DNA of 64,000 nt, from positions 13,372 through 77,371 of the forward strand of contig QZJK01000011.1 in the NCBI GenBank assembly GCA_003599295.1, given 5' to 3'. This document shows positions 1 through 7,508 of this stretch, in pieces. The notes beneath the pieces are model-generated. The model searched no databases and was not told the origin of the DNA. It saw nothing but the letters and a program-made list of their open reading frames with translations. Source of the stretch: Candidatus Parcubacteria bacterium. GTDB taxonomy: Bacteria > Patescibacteriota > Minisyncoccia > Phycocordibacterales > UBA2100. Numbering within the stretch: position 1 is the first letter of the stretch; each line of letters begins with the position of its first letter. Both the position numbers and the translations under genes were made by a program.

Positions 1-548
1 TAGAGAAAATTCTCTGCTGCGATCTTCCGGCTTATGCCGCCGACTTTGGTCAAAAGCGGATGGCCTGCACCCATGAGAGCCGCAGCGGGCATGCCGTGGA
101 TGTTCCCCGAAAGAGTCGTCTCGTGCGTATTGGCATCCGGATGCGCGTCTATCCAGATGACGCCGAGCGAACGATGCGCGAGCGCAGCTCCTGCGATAGT
201 GCCTATTGCCATAGAGTGGTCTCCTCCGAGCGCTAAGACGAAATCCCCGTGGCGAGCCGCCTTCTCTACGGCGGCGCAGGAATCGCGGGCGGTCATCGCT
301 ATTTCCTCAAGATATTTCGCCGAACCGGCGCTCGCCGTATACGTCGGCTTCGGACACGCTACCATTTTCGTTTCAGATACGTCGAAATGGAGAGACGTAA
401 TGACTTTCTCGAGCCCCTTATCCAAGAGATAACGCGGTGCTTTCGCGAGCCCGCGTTCATCCGAACCAAGTTCGATGGGAACACCGACGATGCTGACACT
501 ACCGCCCTGGAGTTCGTGCTCGTAGAATGAAAGATTATCTCGTTTCAT
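1..548 (-). CDS. rocF: Arginase (5' part; runs off the window)
   Basis: Manual translation from ATG 548 (not in ORF track): MKRDNL...LGGDHSMAIG...WIDAHPDANT...SGNIHGMP, the ureohydrolase/arginase Mn-binding motifs. Confidence 0.9.
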   Translation of the reverse strand, partial: MKRDNLSFYEHELQGGSVSIVGVPIELGSDERGLAKAPRYLLDKGLEKVITSLHFDVSETKMVACPKPTYTASAGSAKYLEEIAMTARDSCAAVEKAARHGDFVLALGGDHSMAIGTIAGAALAHRSLGVIWIDAHPDANTHETTLSGNIHGMPAAALMGAGHPLLTKVGGISRKIAAENFL

Positions 549-668
549 CTCGTTGCCCCAACAATAGCAACTGCGCGCGGGTTGTCCGCTTCCCTGCGGC
601 GAAACTGTGGACAAGGTTCCGCGCCCAAATCTGAATTTCGAGAAAGCGCTTTTGTTATACTCATGTAT

Positions 669-1487
669 ATGAAGACAATCCGTCTGAATGATGCAGCACA
701 TATTCCCGTCATCGGATTGGGTACCTGGAACCTGAACGGAGAAAGCTGCGTTGAAAGTGTCGAGACCGCGCTCACACTCGGATATCGGCACATCGACACG
801 GCTGATGCGTACGGCAATCACCATGAAGTCGCTGAAGGCGTGCGGCGCGCTGGCATCCCGCGCGAGGAACTTTTTATTACAACGAAGCTTCCCTTGAGTA
901 ATGGGTATGCACGAGACACCGTGCTTGCGAGCGGCGAAAGATTTTTAAAAGAACTCGGCATCGAATACATCGACCTTCTTCTCATCCACTGGCCGGATCG
1001 CTCGTATCCTTTCTCTGAAACGCTTGGCGCGATGAACGAACTTAAAACGAAAGGCATGGTGCGTGCCCTCGGCGTATCTAACTTCACGCCGCACCATTTG
1101 GAAGATGCGTTCGCGACGGGAATCGAGATAACGAACAATCAAGTCGAACTGCATCCTTCCTTCAATCAAAAAGTCCTGCGTGAATTCTGTGCGTCGAAAG
1201 GTATCGCAATTACCGCATACTCTCCACTCGGAAGAAAACGGGATCTGGCATTGGCGCTTCTTCTCGAACTCGCAAAAAAATATTCCGCGACACCAGCGCA
1301 AATCGCGCTTAATTGGATTCTTTCGCGCGGTATGATAGCGATACCGAAAAGTTCACATCCGGAGCGTATCAAGGAAAATTTCGAAGCAACATCATTCGTC
1401 ATGGACGAGGCGGATTTGAGGCGCATTGATGAAATGCCCCAAGGCGAACGCATTGTGTGGCCCACATTCGCGGATTTTAAGTACTGA
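669..1487 (+). CDS. Aldo/keto reductase
   Basis: GLGTW, GYRHIDTADAYGN, IDLLLIHWP, GVSNF, NQVELHP, IPKS motifs; start chosen 7 nt after TATACT. Confidence 0.93.
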   Translation: MKTIRLNDAAHIPVIGLGTWNLNGESCVESVETALTLGYRHIDTADAYGNHHEVAEGVRRAGIPREELFITTKLPLSNGYARDTVLASGERFLKELGIEYIDLLLIHWPDRSYPFSETLGAMNELKTKGMVRALGVSNFTPHHLEDAFATGIEITNNQVELHPSFNQKVLREFCASKGIAITAYSPLGRKRDLALALLLELAKKYSATPAQIALNWILSRGMIAIPKSSHPERIKENFEATSFVMDEADLRRIDEMPQGERIVWPTFADFKY

Positions 1488-1582
1488 TTGACTTCATTCT
1501 TGTGGGTGCATAAAGTTGAGTGAGAGATTCCACGCCGTGGAATCTTAATGTTCTGATCTCACGTAGAACAGGGAGTGAAAGA

Positions 1583-2446
1583 ATGAACGCAACCTTCAAT
1601 CTTTCCGGGACGTTCGTCGTCATGGGCGTCTTGAACAGCTATTCGCTCGCCTGGCAGATCGCTGAGCGCTTGAGGCGAAGTGGAGCGGATGTCATCGTTA
1701 CGTGCCAGTCATTAGACCTCTTGCCGAACGTCAAGAAGCTCGGTGAGAAGGTCGGGATCCGCTCGATATTCGTCTGCGACATGGAGAAATCGGAAGACAT
1801 GGATGCGTTCTTCGCGGAACTTGCGAATCACGCACCCATCGCCGGTTTCGTGCACGGAGCGGCCTATTCAGATCCCAAGGAACTAACGGGCCGCCTCGTC
1901 GACATGTCGCGCGACAACTTCGTGCGCACAATGGTCGTATCCTGCTACACGTTCCTCGACTGCTGCAGGCGCGTGGAACCGCTCATGGAGAACGGTGGCA
2001 AGATACTGACACTTACCTTCGGAGCGTCGCTTGCGAGTTGCGACAACTACAACGGCATGGGGCTTGCGAAAGCGGCTCTTGAGGCTGCTGTACGTGCCGC
2101 CGCGCGCGATTTCGGCGGACGAGAGATCGCAGTAAACGCGTTGTCACCCACAACGATGCGGACGGCGGCGGCACGTTCCGTCAAGGATCCATATCCGCTT
2201 GCCTACACGTGGATCGCAACCTCTCTTTTCGGACGAATCACCAAGCCGGAGGAAGTCGCGGCATGGGGAGCCTTCCTCCTCAGTCCGTTGAGCGACGGAA
2301 TGACCGGGGAGGTCGTCTATATCGACTGTGGAAAACGCAGTTCGGGCATGCCGCCGAAGCGTCATGCGCATCTTGTCGCCGAGATGAATGGAAAATACAA
2401 TCCAAGTAGTGCCACGACAAGTGCGGCAGCGACAACGGGCGAATAG
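1583..2446 (+). CDS. fabI: Enoyl-ACP reductase (FabI-like SDR)
   Basis: GVLNSYSLAWQIA N-terminus, YNGMGLAKAALE catalytic Y-x6-K motif, MTGEVVYIDCG. Confidence 0.8.
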   Translation: MNATFNLSGTFVVMGVLNSYSLAWQIAERLRRSGADVIVTCQSLDLLPNVKKLGEKVGIRSIFVCDMEKSEDMDAFFAELANHAPIAGFVHGAAYSDPKELTGRLVDMSRDNFVRTMVVSCYTFLDCCRRVEPLMENGGKILTLTFGASLASCDNYNGMGLAKAALEAAVRAAARDFGGREIAVNALSPTTMRTAAARSVKDPYPLAYTWIATSLFGRITKPEEVAAWGAFLLSPLSDGMTGEVVYIDCGKRSSGMPPKRHAHLVAEMNGKYNPSSATTSAAATTGE

Positions 2447-2457
2447 CGGAGGAAGAC

Positions 2458-2700
2458 ATGTCTACCAGCAACCTTCTCTCGGCGGAGCTGACGAGGACGC
2501 TCAACGAGTTGCTGATCGCAGCCCGGAAGGCCCAACTCTCAGTCACCGAGGCAACAAGGAAGATCTCGGAACAACTCGAGGACTTGGGATTGGACCGAGG
2601 CTTCGTCATCGTCGAAGAACTCGTTATCACTCCAGGTCTTCAGGGAGCAAGGGTGGTTCTTCAGTTCCTCGGCGGAACTGAAGAAACTATCACGGTGTGA
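2458..2700 (+). CDS. Hypothetical protein, 80 aa
   Basis: GGAGG SD upstream, directly follows fabI, followed by a hairpin. Confidence 0.6.
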   Translation: MSTSNLLSAELTRTLNELLIAARKAQLSVTEATRKISEQLEDLGLDRGFVIVEELVITPGLQGARVVLQFLGGTEETITV

Positions 2701-2716
2701 CCGTGACTCGATATCG

Positions 2717-2756
2717 GCCGCGGCAGGGTTCTATCCCCGCCGCGGCGACTTCTTTA
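2717..2756 (+). terminator. Probable intrinsic terminator
   Basis: GCCGCGGC...GCCGCGGC GC-rich stem followed by a T-rich tail. Confidence 0.55.
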
Positions 2757-2790
2757 TGCCGGGAAGCGCAATAAGAGAAACTGCGAATCT

Positions 2791-2916
2791 ATGACCCAAG
2801 TGGGACAGAATTGGAACCAGCTTATCACAGAGCTAAATCAGTGGCACCAGTTTGGCCGCGATTATGAGAATGCCTGCTTATCAGGCAAAAAACAGGCATT
2901 GGAGTTGGCCAGATGA
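2791..2916 (+). other. Detached C-terminal segment of the recombinase at attL (MTQVGQNWNQLITELNQWHQFGRDYENACLSGKKQALELAR)
   Basis: In frame with recombinase ...SQMVT when the two TGACCC cores are joined. Confidence 0.6.
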
Positions 2917-2930
2917 AGTGCCTTTAGGGA

Positions 2931-3287
2931 TTAGAACAAAAGAGAAAGTAAAGAAAGGGCGGCTGCAACAACGGCAGTAACCAACCCCACAAAACCAATC
3001 GGCTCTTTATAAAAATGCTTGCGAATGAAACCGCCCCAACTATCGCCCAGTGCAAATAAATATTCCGCCTCATCCGTTAAGAAAAGTCGCGATTCATTGG
3101 AAAGTTGTTGTCCAAGCCGGTTATTTGTTCGTATCCAATTCCCATCCGCTTCTCTTAATCGGTCATATATCACTTCTTCCCCAACTTTAAGGCCTCGGGA
3201 GACTTCTTTCTTCGTGGTGTTCAAATCAATACCTCTATGAGACTTAAGATACGTATAAATCTCTTTGTCTATTTCATTGGTTTTCAC
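2931..3287 (-). CDS. Hypothetical protein; possible N-terminal winged helix plus C-terminal TM helix
   Basis: Probable GTG start at 3287; hydrophobic C-terminus GFVGLVTAVVAAALSLLSLLF. Confidence 0.6.
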   Translation of the reverse strand: MKTNEIDKEIYTYLKSHRGIDLNTTKKEVSRGLKVGEEVIYDRLREADGNWIRTNNRLGQQLSNESRLFLTDEAEYLFALGDSWGGFIRKHFYKEPIGFVGLVTAVVAAALSLLSLLF

Positions 3288-3326
3288 ATACAACACAGTA
3301 AATGATAAAATGATTCTTATCAAACC

Positions 3327-3701
3327 ATGAGAGGCGGATATAGGGCAGGAGCGGGGCGGAAAAAGGGGTTCGCTGCAAAAAATGCAGAAGAAGCTCGAAA
3401 GTATCTTTCCGAACGAGTGGCGGAGGAAATTGAGCCCATCACCACTAGCCTGATAAACAGGGCAAAAACAGGCGATATACGCGCCATCCATGAGCTTCTT
3501 GATCGCGCATGGGGTCGCCCGACACAAGCAATACAGATTACCTCCGAACGCTTGCCGGTGCCAATAATGGGATTACATTTCGAGAAGATGTCTGACGAAG
3601 ACCTTCATCAATACGCTCTGACGGATGATGAGCGTGCTATGCTCGAAAGGCGGTTACTCCCCTCGAAAACGCGGGAAAAGACGCCGTCCACTGCGGATTG
3701 A
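3327..3701 (+). CDS. Phage terminase small subunit-like protein
   Basis: RGGYRAGAGRKKG N-terminus and AKTGDIRAIHELLDRAWGRPTQ resemble TerS/DUF5681-type proteins (recognised by eye). Confidence 0.6.
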   Translation: MRGGYRAGAGRKKGFAAKNAEEARKYLSERVAEEIEPITTSLINRAKTGDIRAIHELLDRAWGRPTQAIQITSERLPVPIMGLHFEKMSDEDLHQYALTDDERAMLERRLLPSKTREKTPSTAD

Positions 3702-3704
3702 GCA

Positions 3705-3934
3705 TAAACATCACAAAGGTGGCGCAAGAAGAATTCCGGTGCTAGTCTGATAAGCACAGGTTGAATATTGGCTCGTGAGAGCAAGACCTAAACCATCGCT
3801 TCGGCGGTGGCATGGTCGGGTAGACCGGTAAAGGACAGAAAACCCGTTGTGGGAACTGCCTTTACCGGCCATGTCGGGAAACCGGCGTGGATGGGGCTTC
3901 GGCTCCGTCAACCCGCAGCGGGCTTTGTGTTTTA
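3705..3934 (+). ncRNA. Candidate structured ncRNA 1 (unknown family)
   Basis: Ends pair; two cUUCGg loops, GAAA and GUGA tetraloops, tetraloop-receptor variant, 10/11-bp pseudoknot; G-U pairs fit the + strand. Confidence 0.75.
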
Positions 3935-3961
3935 TCGGATAAAGTGATAAATAGATTGCGT

Positions 3962-4807
3962 ATGTTCGACTTTTTCCAAGCTATATTCGCAAAAATAACC
4001 TCATTTGTAGTTGGGGTCGTTATGGCCACTGGGTTAGTTCCCCCTCCTACAGCTCAACCATTGGCGACATCTACGGAACAGGTAGCTCTAGAGGTCATTC
4101 AAGAAGAAAGCGCTACAAGCTCACAGTCCGCCTCAGATCCTGAAGGATTTGGAAAAGAAACAAAAGAGGATGAAGAGGATGCCGACCTAAAAGCGGAGGC
4201 TGAGCGACTTAGAGCTGAACGAGACAGAGCAGAGGCGGCTAGAGCTAAGGCGGATGCGGCACGCGCGAAAGCTGAACAGATACAAATTCTTAACGACACG
4301 GCAAATAAGCTACAGAGCGATTTAGAAAAGACCCTTGCTGAAGAGGAGGCCAAAAAAGCTACTCTCGAAAAAGAGAAACGCGAGGAAGAAACGGCAACTC
4401 ATCAAACTGAGTCGGAAACTAATCTTGCAGAGCAGGAGCGGATGAAGAAGATAGATGAGATTCAAAAAGAATATCTCCTCAAAATTAATGCGCTGGAGAA
4501 GCAGTTGCTTGAACTCGGATTCTTCGACGGCAGAGAAAGAGACATCATTGATATCTACGAAAAATACATGTATTCAGTCCCCGAAGAAGTTAAAGCCGGT
4601 CTCGGATACATTCCTAGTAAGTATCAGTTAAGCGCAGTGACAAGGATATACGTGGCCGCCGAGAATAGAGATAAAACACTGGTGCAGGACAAGCATTACT
4701 CGCTACTCAGTGCTATCAAGGAAGCATTGGGTTCGGTAAAAAGAGAGGTGCGAGATGAAATCAACTTCTTGCAGAATGAGAAGGACAGAAAGATTTTAGA
4801 GGCTTAG
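3962..4807 (+). CDS. Membrane-anchored/secreted coiled-coil protein
   Basis: Hydrophobic N-terminus, P/T/S linker, long E/A/R/K coiled coil. Confidence 0.75.
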   Translation: MFDFFQAIFAKITSFVVGVVMATGLVPPPTAQPLATSTEQVALEVIQEESATSSQSASDPEGFGKETKEDEEDADLKAEAERLRAERDRAEAARAKADAARAKAEQIQILNDTANKLQSDLEKTLAEEEAKKATLEKEKREEETATHQTESETNLAEQERMKKIDEIQKEYLLKINALEKQLLELGFFDGRERDIIDIYEKYMYSVPEEVKAGLGYIPSKYQLSAVTRIYVAAENRDKTLVQDKHYSLLSAIKEALGSVKREVRDEINFLQNEKDRKILEA

Positions 4808-4845
4808 GAGCTTGTGCACACGGACATACAGCCCCGATAACTTTA

Positions 4846-4873
4846 TTGACTTTACCTGTTTGTGCGATATGCT
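4846..4873 (+). promoter_or_regulatory. Sigma70-type promoter for ncRNA 2
   Basis: TTGACT-16 nt-TATGCT. Confidence 0.55.
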
Positions 4874-4879
4874 TTTACA

Positions 4880-5247
4880 TAGTTCTTTTCATTCAAATAT
4901 AACTTGTGATGGCATGATGGGTTAGAGCTGAAAAGACACATCCTGTCGTCGCGAGAGTCCAACGAATGCGGTTCGTCAACAGAGGCAAGCCAGAATTTTT
5001 GGCTGACACACCTATAACTGGTGGTAAAAACGCTGTGAGAAGCAGCTTTAACTTCTCGAGGTTGTTTTGGGGTTATCAGTTCCTCTCAAAAAATGGAGTA
5101 GGCACCTCTGAGGCAGAAATGTGTTGAGTTGGTAATTCGATAGCATGCTTTTTGAGCGTGCCCATATTGAGTTACCAATTCGACACATCGTAAGATTTAG
5201 GTAACACATAAAGGCAGAGAAGCGGCTATCGATGCCGCTTTTTTGTT
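4880..5247 (+). ncRNA. Candidate structured ncRNA 2 (unknown family, ~360 nt)
   Basis: Bounded by promoter and terminator, no + strand ORF in the track; 24-bp and 12-bp stems rich in G-U pairs; 7-bp loop pseudoknot. Confidence 0.72.
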
Positions 5248-5248
5248 T
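5219..5248 (+). terminator. Intrinsic terminator
   Basis: GAAGCGGC-tatcgat-GCCGCTTT followed by a T-run. Confidence 0.75.
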
Positions 5249-5349
5249 GCGGCATCCTTCCACAAGCGAAGCCCTCTTTTGGGTTGGCAGTCTCATGGAA
5301 GGAGCTGCCAAGCCAATAGCGGGCTTTATCAATTATTAGTAGCCACAAT

Positions 5350-5571
5350 ATGCTTGGAAAAGTAAAGTCCATAGTCATTTTTGCTCCCAAGAAGCGGCGG
5401 ATCAACATCGAGGTCAATGGTGTCATTGCGAAGACGTTCATAGTCGATGGTTATGGGAACAGTAAACGGTGGGAAAAGGTAAGCGTGGGAGACCTGTTAG
5501 ATGGGCTCGATTGGGCTGAGGAAGAATCTCGCATCATAGACGCTGATTCCAAAATCACCGTTCTTAAATAG
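5350..5571 (+). CDS. Hypothetical protein, 73 aa
   Basis: ATG ORF in tandem with the next two genes of the element. Confidence 0.6.
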   Translation: MLGKVKSIVIFAPKKRRINIEVNGVIAKTFIVDGYGNSKRWEKVSVGDLLDGLDWAEEESRIIDADSKITVLK

Positions 5572-5575
5572 TCCC

Positions 5576-5749
5576 ATGATTAGTGTCGAGAAGTGCAGGG
5601 AACTATTGGGCGATGAGAGCCTCACAGACGAGCAAATTGAGGCTCTCAGAACCGATTTATACGAGATGGCGCAACTTGCCTTCGAGACGTGGGTGCACGA
5701 AAAATACGGTTCCAAATATCCCATTGGGTCATTGCCGGATTCACTATGA
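5576..5749 (+). CDS. Small helical protein (57 aa) upstream of the recombinase; candidate accessory/directionality factor
   Basis: Manual translation MISVEKCRELLGDESLTDEQIEALRTDLYEMAQLAFETWVHEKYGSKYPIGSLPDSL (below ORF-track cutoff). Confidence 0.6.
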   Translation: MISVEKCRELLGDESLTDEQIEALRTDLYEMAQLAFETWVHEKYGSKYPIGSLPDSL

Positions 5750-5765
5750 GCGCTACAGTTTAGCT

Positions 5766-7295
5766 ATGGGGAATGAAGGTCAAAAAACAAGTATCATTTA
5801 CGCAAGAGTCTCTTCATGGGAGCAGGTTTCGAACACCAGCCTTGAACGGCAAGTGCGCGAATGCAGAGAGTATGCGGAGCGGAACGGTATCACTATCATC
5901 GCGGAGCCGTTCATTGAGGAGGGCGAGTCTGCAAAGAGCGCAGACAGAACTCAGTTCCAAAAAGCACTGAGCTTTTGCGCTACCAAGAAAAACAAAGTTG
6001 GATATTTAATCGTGCACAAAGTAGACCGCTTCGCTCGCAATCAAGACGATCATGTTGCCACACGGGCATTTCTCAAACGATACGGAGTGCAACTACGCTC
6101 AGTGATGGAACCGATAGACGAGAGCACAATCGGACGACTTCAAGAGGGTATCCTCTCGGTGTTTGCGGAGTTCGATAACAATGTGCGAGCGGAGAGAAGC
6201 AAAAACGGGATGATAGAGAAAGTGAAGAAAGGCATTTGGGTATGGAGGCCTCCACTTGGCTACAAACGACTCACTAAAGGCGGCAACATCGTGCCTGAGG
6301 AAGAAACAGCCCATTACATCCAGCTGATATTCGAGGAATATAGCAAAGGCACTTATAGTTTTCAGGCGTTGTCCGATTTCATGGAAAAACGTGGATTCAG
6401 GACGAGCACCGGTAAAAAACCGTGCGCACAACTCATGGAAAAGATTCTTCGCAACCCTGCTTACTTCGGAACGATTCGAGCGTGGGGGCATGAGATTCGG
6501 GGTGCATTTCCTGCAATAGTTAGTGAGGAGTTGTATTGGAAGTGTCAGCCGGAGTTGCGCAGCAGGTTTGCCATAGTAAATCGTAGTATCACCAATCCGG
6601 CATTTCCTCTCCGCAAGTTCACAATTTGCCCTGAGTGCGGCCGCCCGCTTACAGGAAGCTTCTCCACCGGCAGAAAAGGAATGAAATACCCTTACTATCA
6701 TCACCAGAAGCAATCATGCTCTGCTGCGTCGTTTATCCCGAAGGAAACGCTGGAACAGCACTTCGTAGAGTTCCTACAAGAAATTAGTCCGCGTGCGCGG
6801 AACGAGAGGCTATTTAAGGCAGTTGTCGTTGATTTATGGCAAAAGAATTACAAGAAGTTGGATGAGGACAACGTGCGTGTCCGTAGGGAGATAGAATGGC
6901 TTGAGGCAGAACGTCAGCGGGTTTTTGATATGCACCGCACTGGCAAATATTCGGATGACGAGTTTTTAGAGCAGAAGCACCTTGTAAACATTCAGATTCA
7001 GCAAAAGAAGAATCTACTCGATGATAAGCGCATTGAGGAGTTCAACATGGACGAAGCACTTACCTATTGCTTCAACTACGTGCGCGAAAGTGGCAAGACA
7101 TGGAAACGGCTTGAGAAGGTTCCGGCGATACGTGTGCGGTTCCAAAAAGCCGCGTTCCCTGAAAAAGTGACTTTTGACGGCAAGAAATTTGGAACCAAGA
7201 AAATGTCGCTCGTTTACGAGCTGAATCAGGGGAAGAACCCCAAAAAATCTCAGATGGTGACCCTATCGGGAATCGAACCCGAGTTAACAGCTTGA
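5766..7295 (+). CDS. Large serine recombinase/integrase
   Basis: IIYARVSS catalytic Ser, VHKVDRFARN, PPLGY recombinase domain, CPECG...YYHH...C zinc ribbon, coiled coil; last codons are antisense tRNA-Glu. Confidence 0.95.
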   Translation: MGNEGQKTSIIYARVSSWEQVSNTSLERQVRECREYAERNGITIIAEPFIEEGESAKSADRTQFQKALSFCATKKNKVGYLIVHKVDRFARNQDDHVATRAFLKRYGVQLRSVMEPIDESTIGRLQEGILSVFAEFDNNVRAERSKNGMIEKVKKGIWVWRPPLGYKRLTKGGNIVPEEETAHYIQLIFEEYSKGTYSFQALSDFMEKRGFRTSTGKKPCAQLMEKILRNPAYFGTIRAWGHEIRGAFPAIVSEELYWKCQPELRSRFAIVNRSITNPAFPLRKFTICPECGRPLTGSFSTGRKGMKYPYYHHQKQSCSAASFIPKETLEQHFVEFLQEISPRARNERLFKAVVVDLWQKNYKKLDEDNVRVRREIEWLEAERQRVFDMHRTGKYSDDEFLEQKHLVNIQIQQKKNLLDDKRIEEFNMDEALTYCFNYVRESGKTWKRLEKVPAIRVRFQKAAFPEKVTFDGKKFGTKKMSLVYELNQGKNPKKSQMVTLSGIEPELTA

Positions 7296-7329
7296 AAAGC
7301 TGCTGTCCTAACCACTAGACGATAGGGCC
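7255..7329 (-). tRNA. tRNA-Glu(TTC), CCA encoded
   Basis: GGCCCTA...GCAGC-TTTTCAA-GCTGT...GGTTCGATTCC...TAGGGTC-A-CCA cloverleaf. Confidence 0.95.
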
Positions 7330-7410
7330 GTCTTTTCCATGACGGAAAAGGTGCAAGCATCATACGTTTTTTTGGAGGACTTGGCAAAAAATGCTAGTGT
7401 TTCTGTGTTT

Positions 7411-7497
7411 GGAAGCGTGGCTGAGTGGTCGAAGGCACCGCACTCGAAATGCGGCATGGGGGAAACTCCATCGGAGGTTCGAATCCTCCCGCTTCCG
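7411..7497 (+). tRNA. tRNA-Ser(CGA)
   Basis: GGAAGCG acceptor, CCGCA-CTCGAAA-TGCGG, long variable arm. Confidence 0.95.
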
Positions 7498-7508
7498 CAG
7501 CAATAGTT

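Larger units (their letters stand above)
2792..7263. mobile_element. Serine-integrase element integrated at the tRNA-Glu 3' end
   Basis: TGACCC-N4-GGGA at both ends (2792-2805 and 7258-7271); large serine recombinase reading into the tRNA; visibly more AT-rich than flanks; phage-like cargo. Confidence 0.75.

Noticed and set aside
34-530. ORF-track + strand ORFs at the window start
   Set aside because: Antisense to the arginase gene on the - strand.
3843-3922. Group I intron (TTGTGGGAA / AACCCGCAGC resemble P and Q elements)
   Set aside because: No R/S (P7) elements in the required order downstream and no interrupted host gene; kept as an unknown RNA.
5119-5188. Retron msd hairpin or CRISPR/tracr element
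   Set aside because: No reverse transcriptase or cas gene, and no repeat-spacer array. The G-U pairs would become A-C mismatches in cDNA.
5583-5765. N-terminal extension of the recombinase in the ORF track
   Set aside because: It overlaps the 57-aa ORF; the catalytic domain begins right after ATG 5766, which has its own -10-like box.
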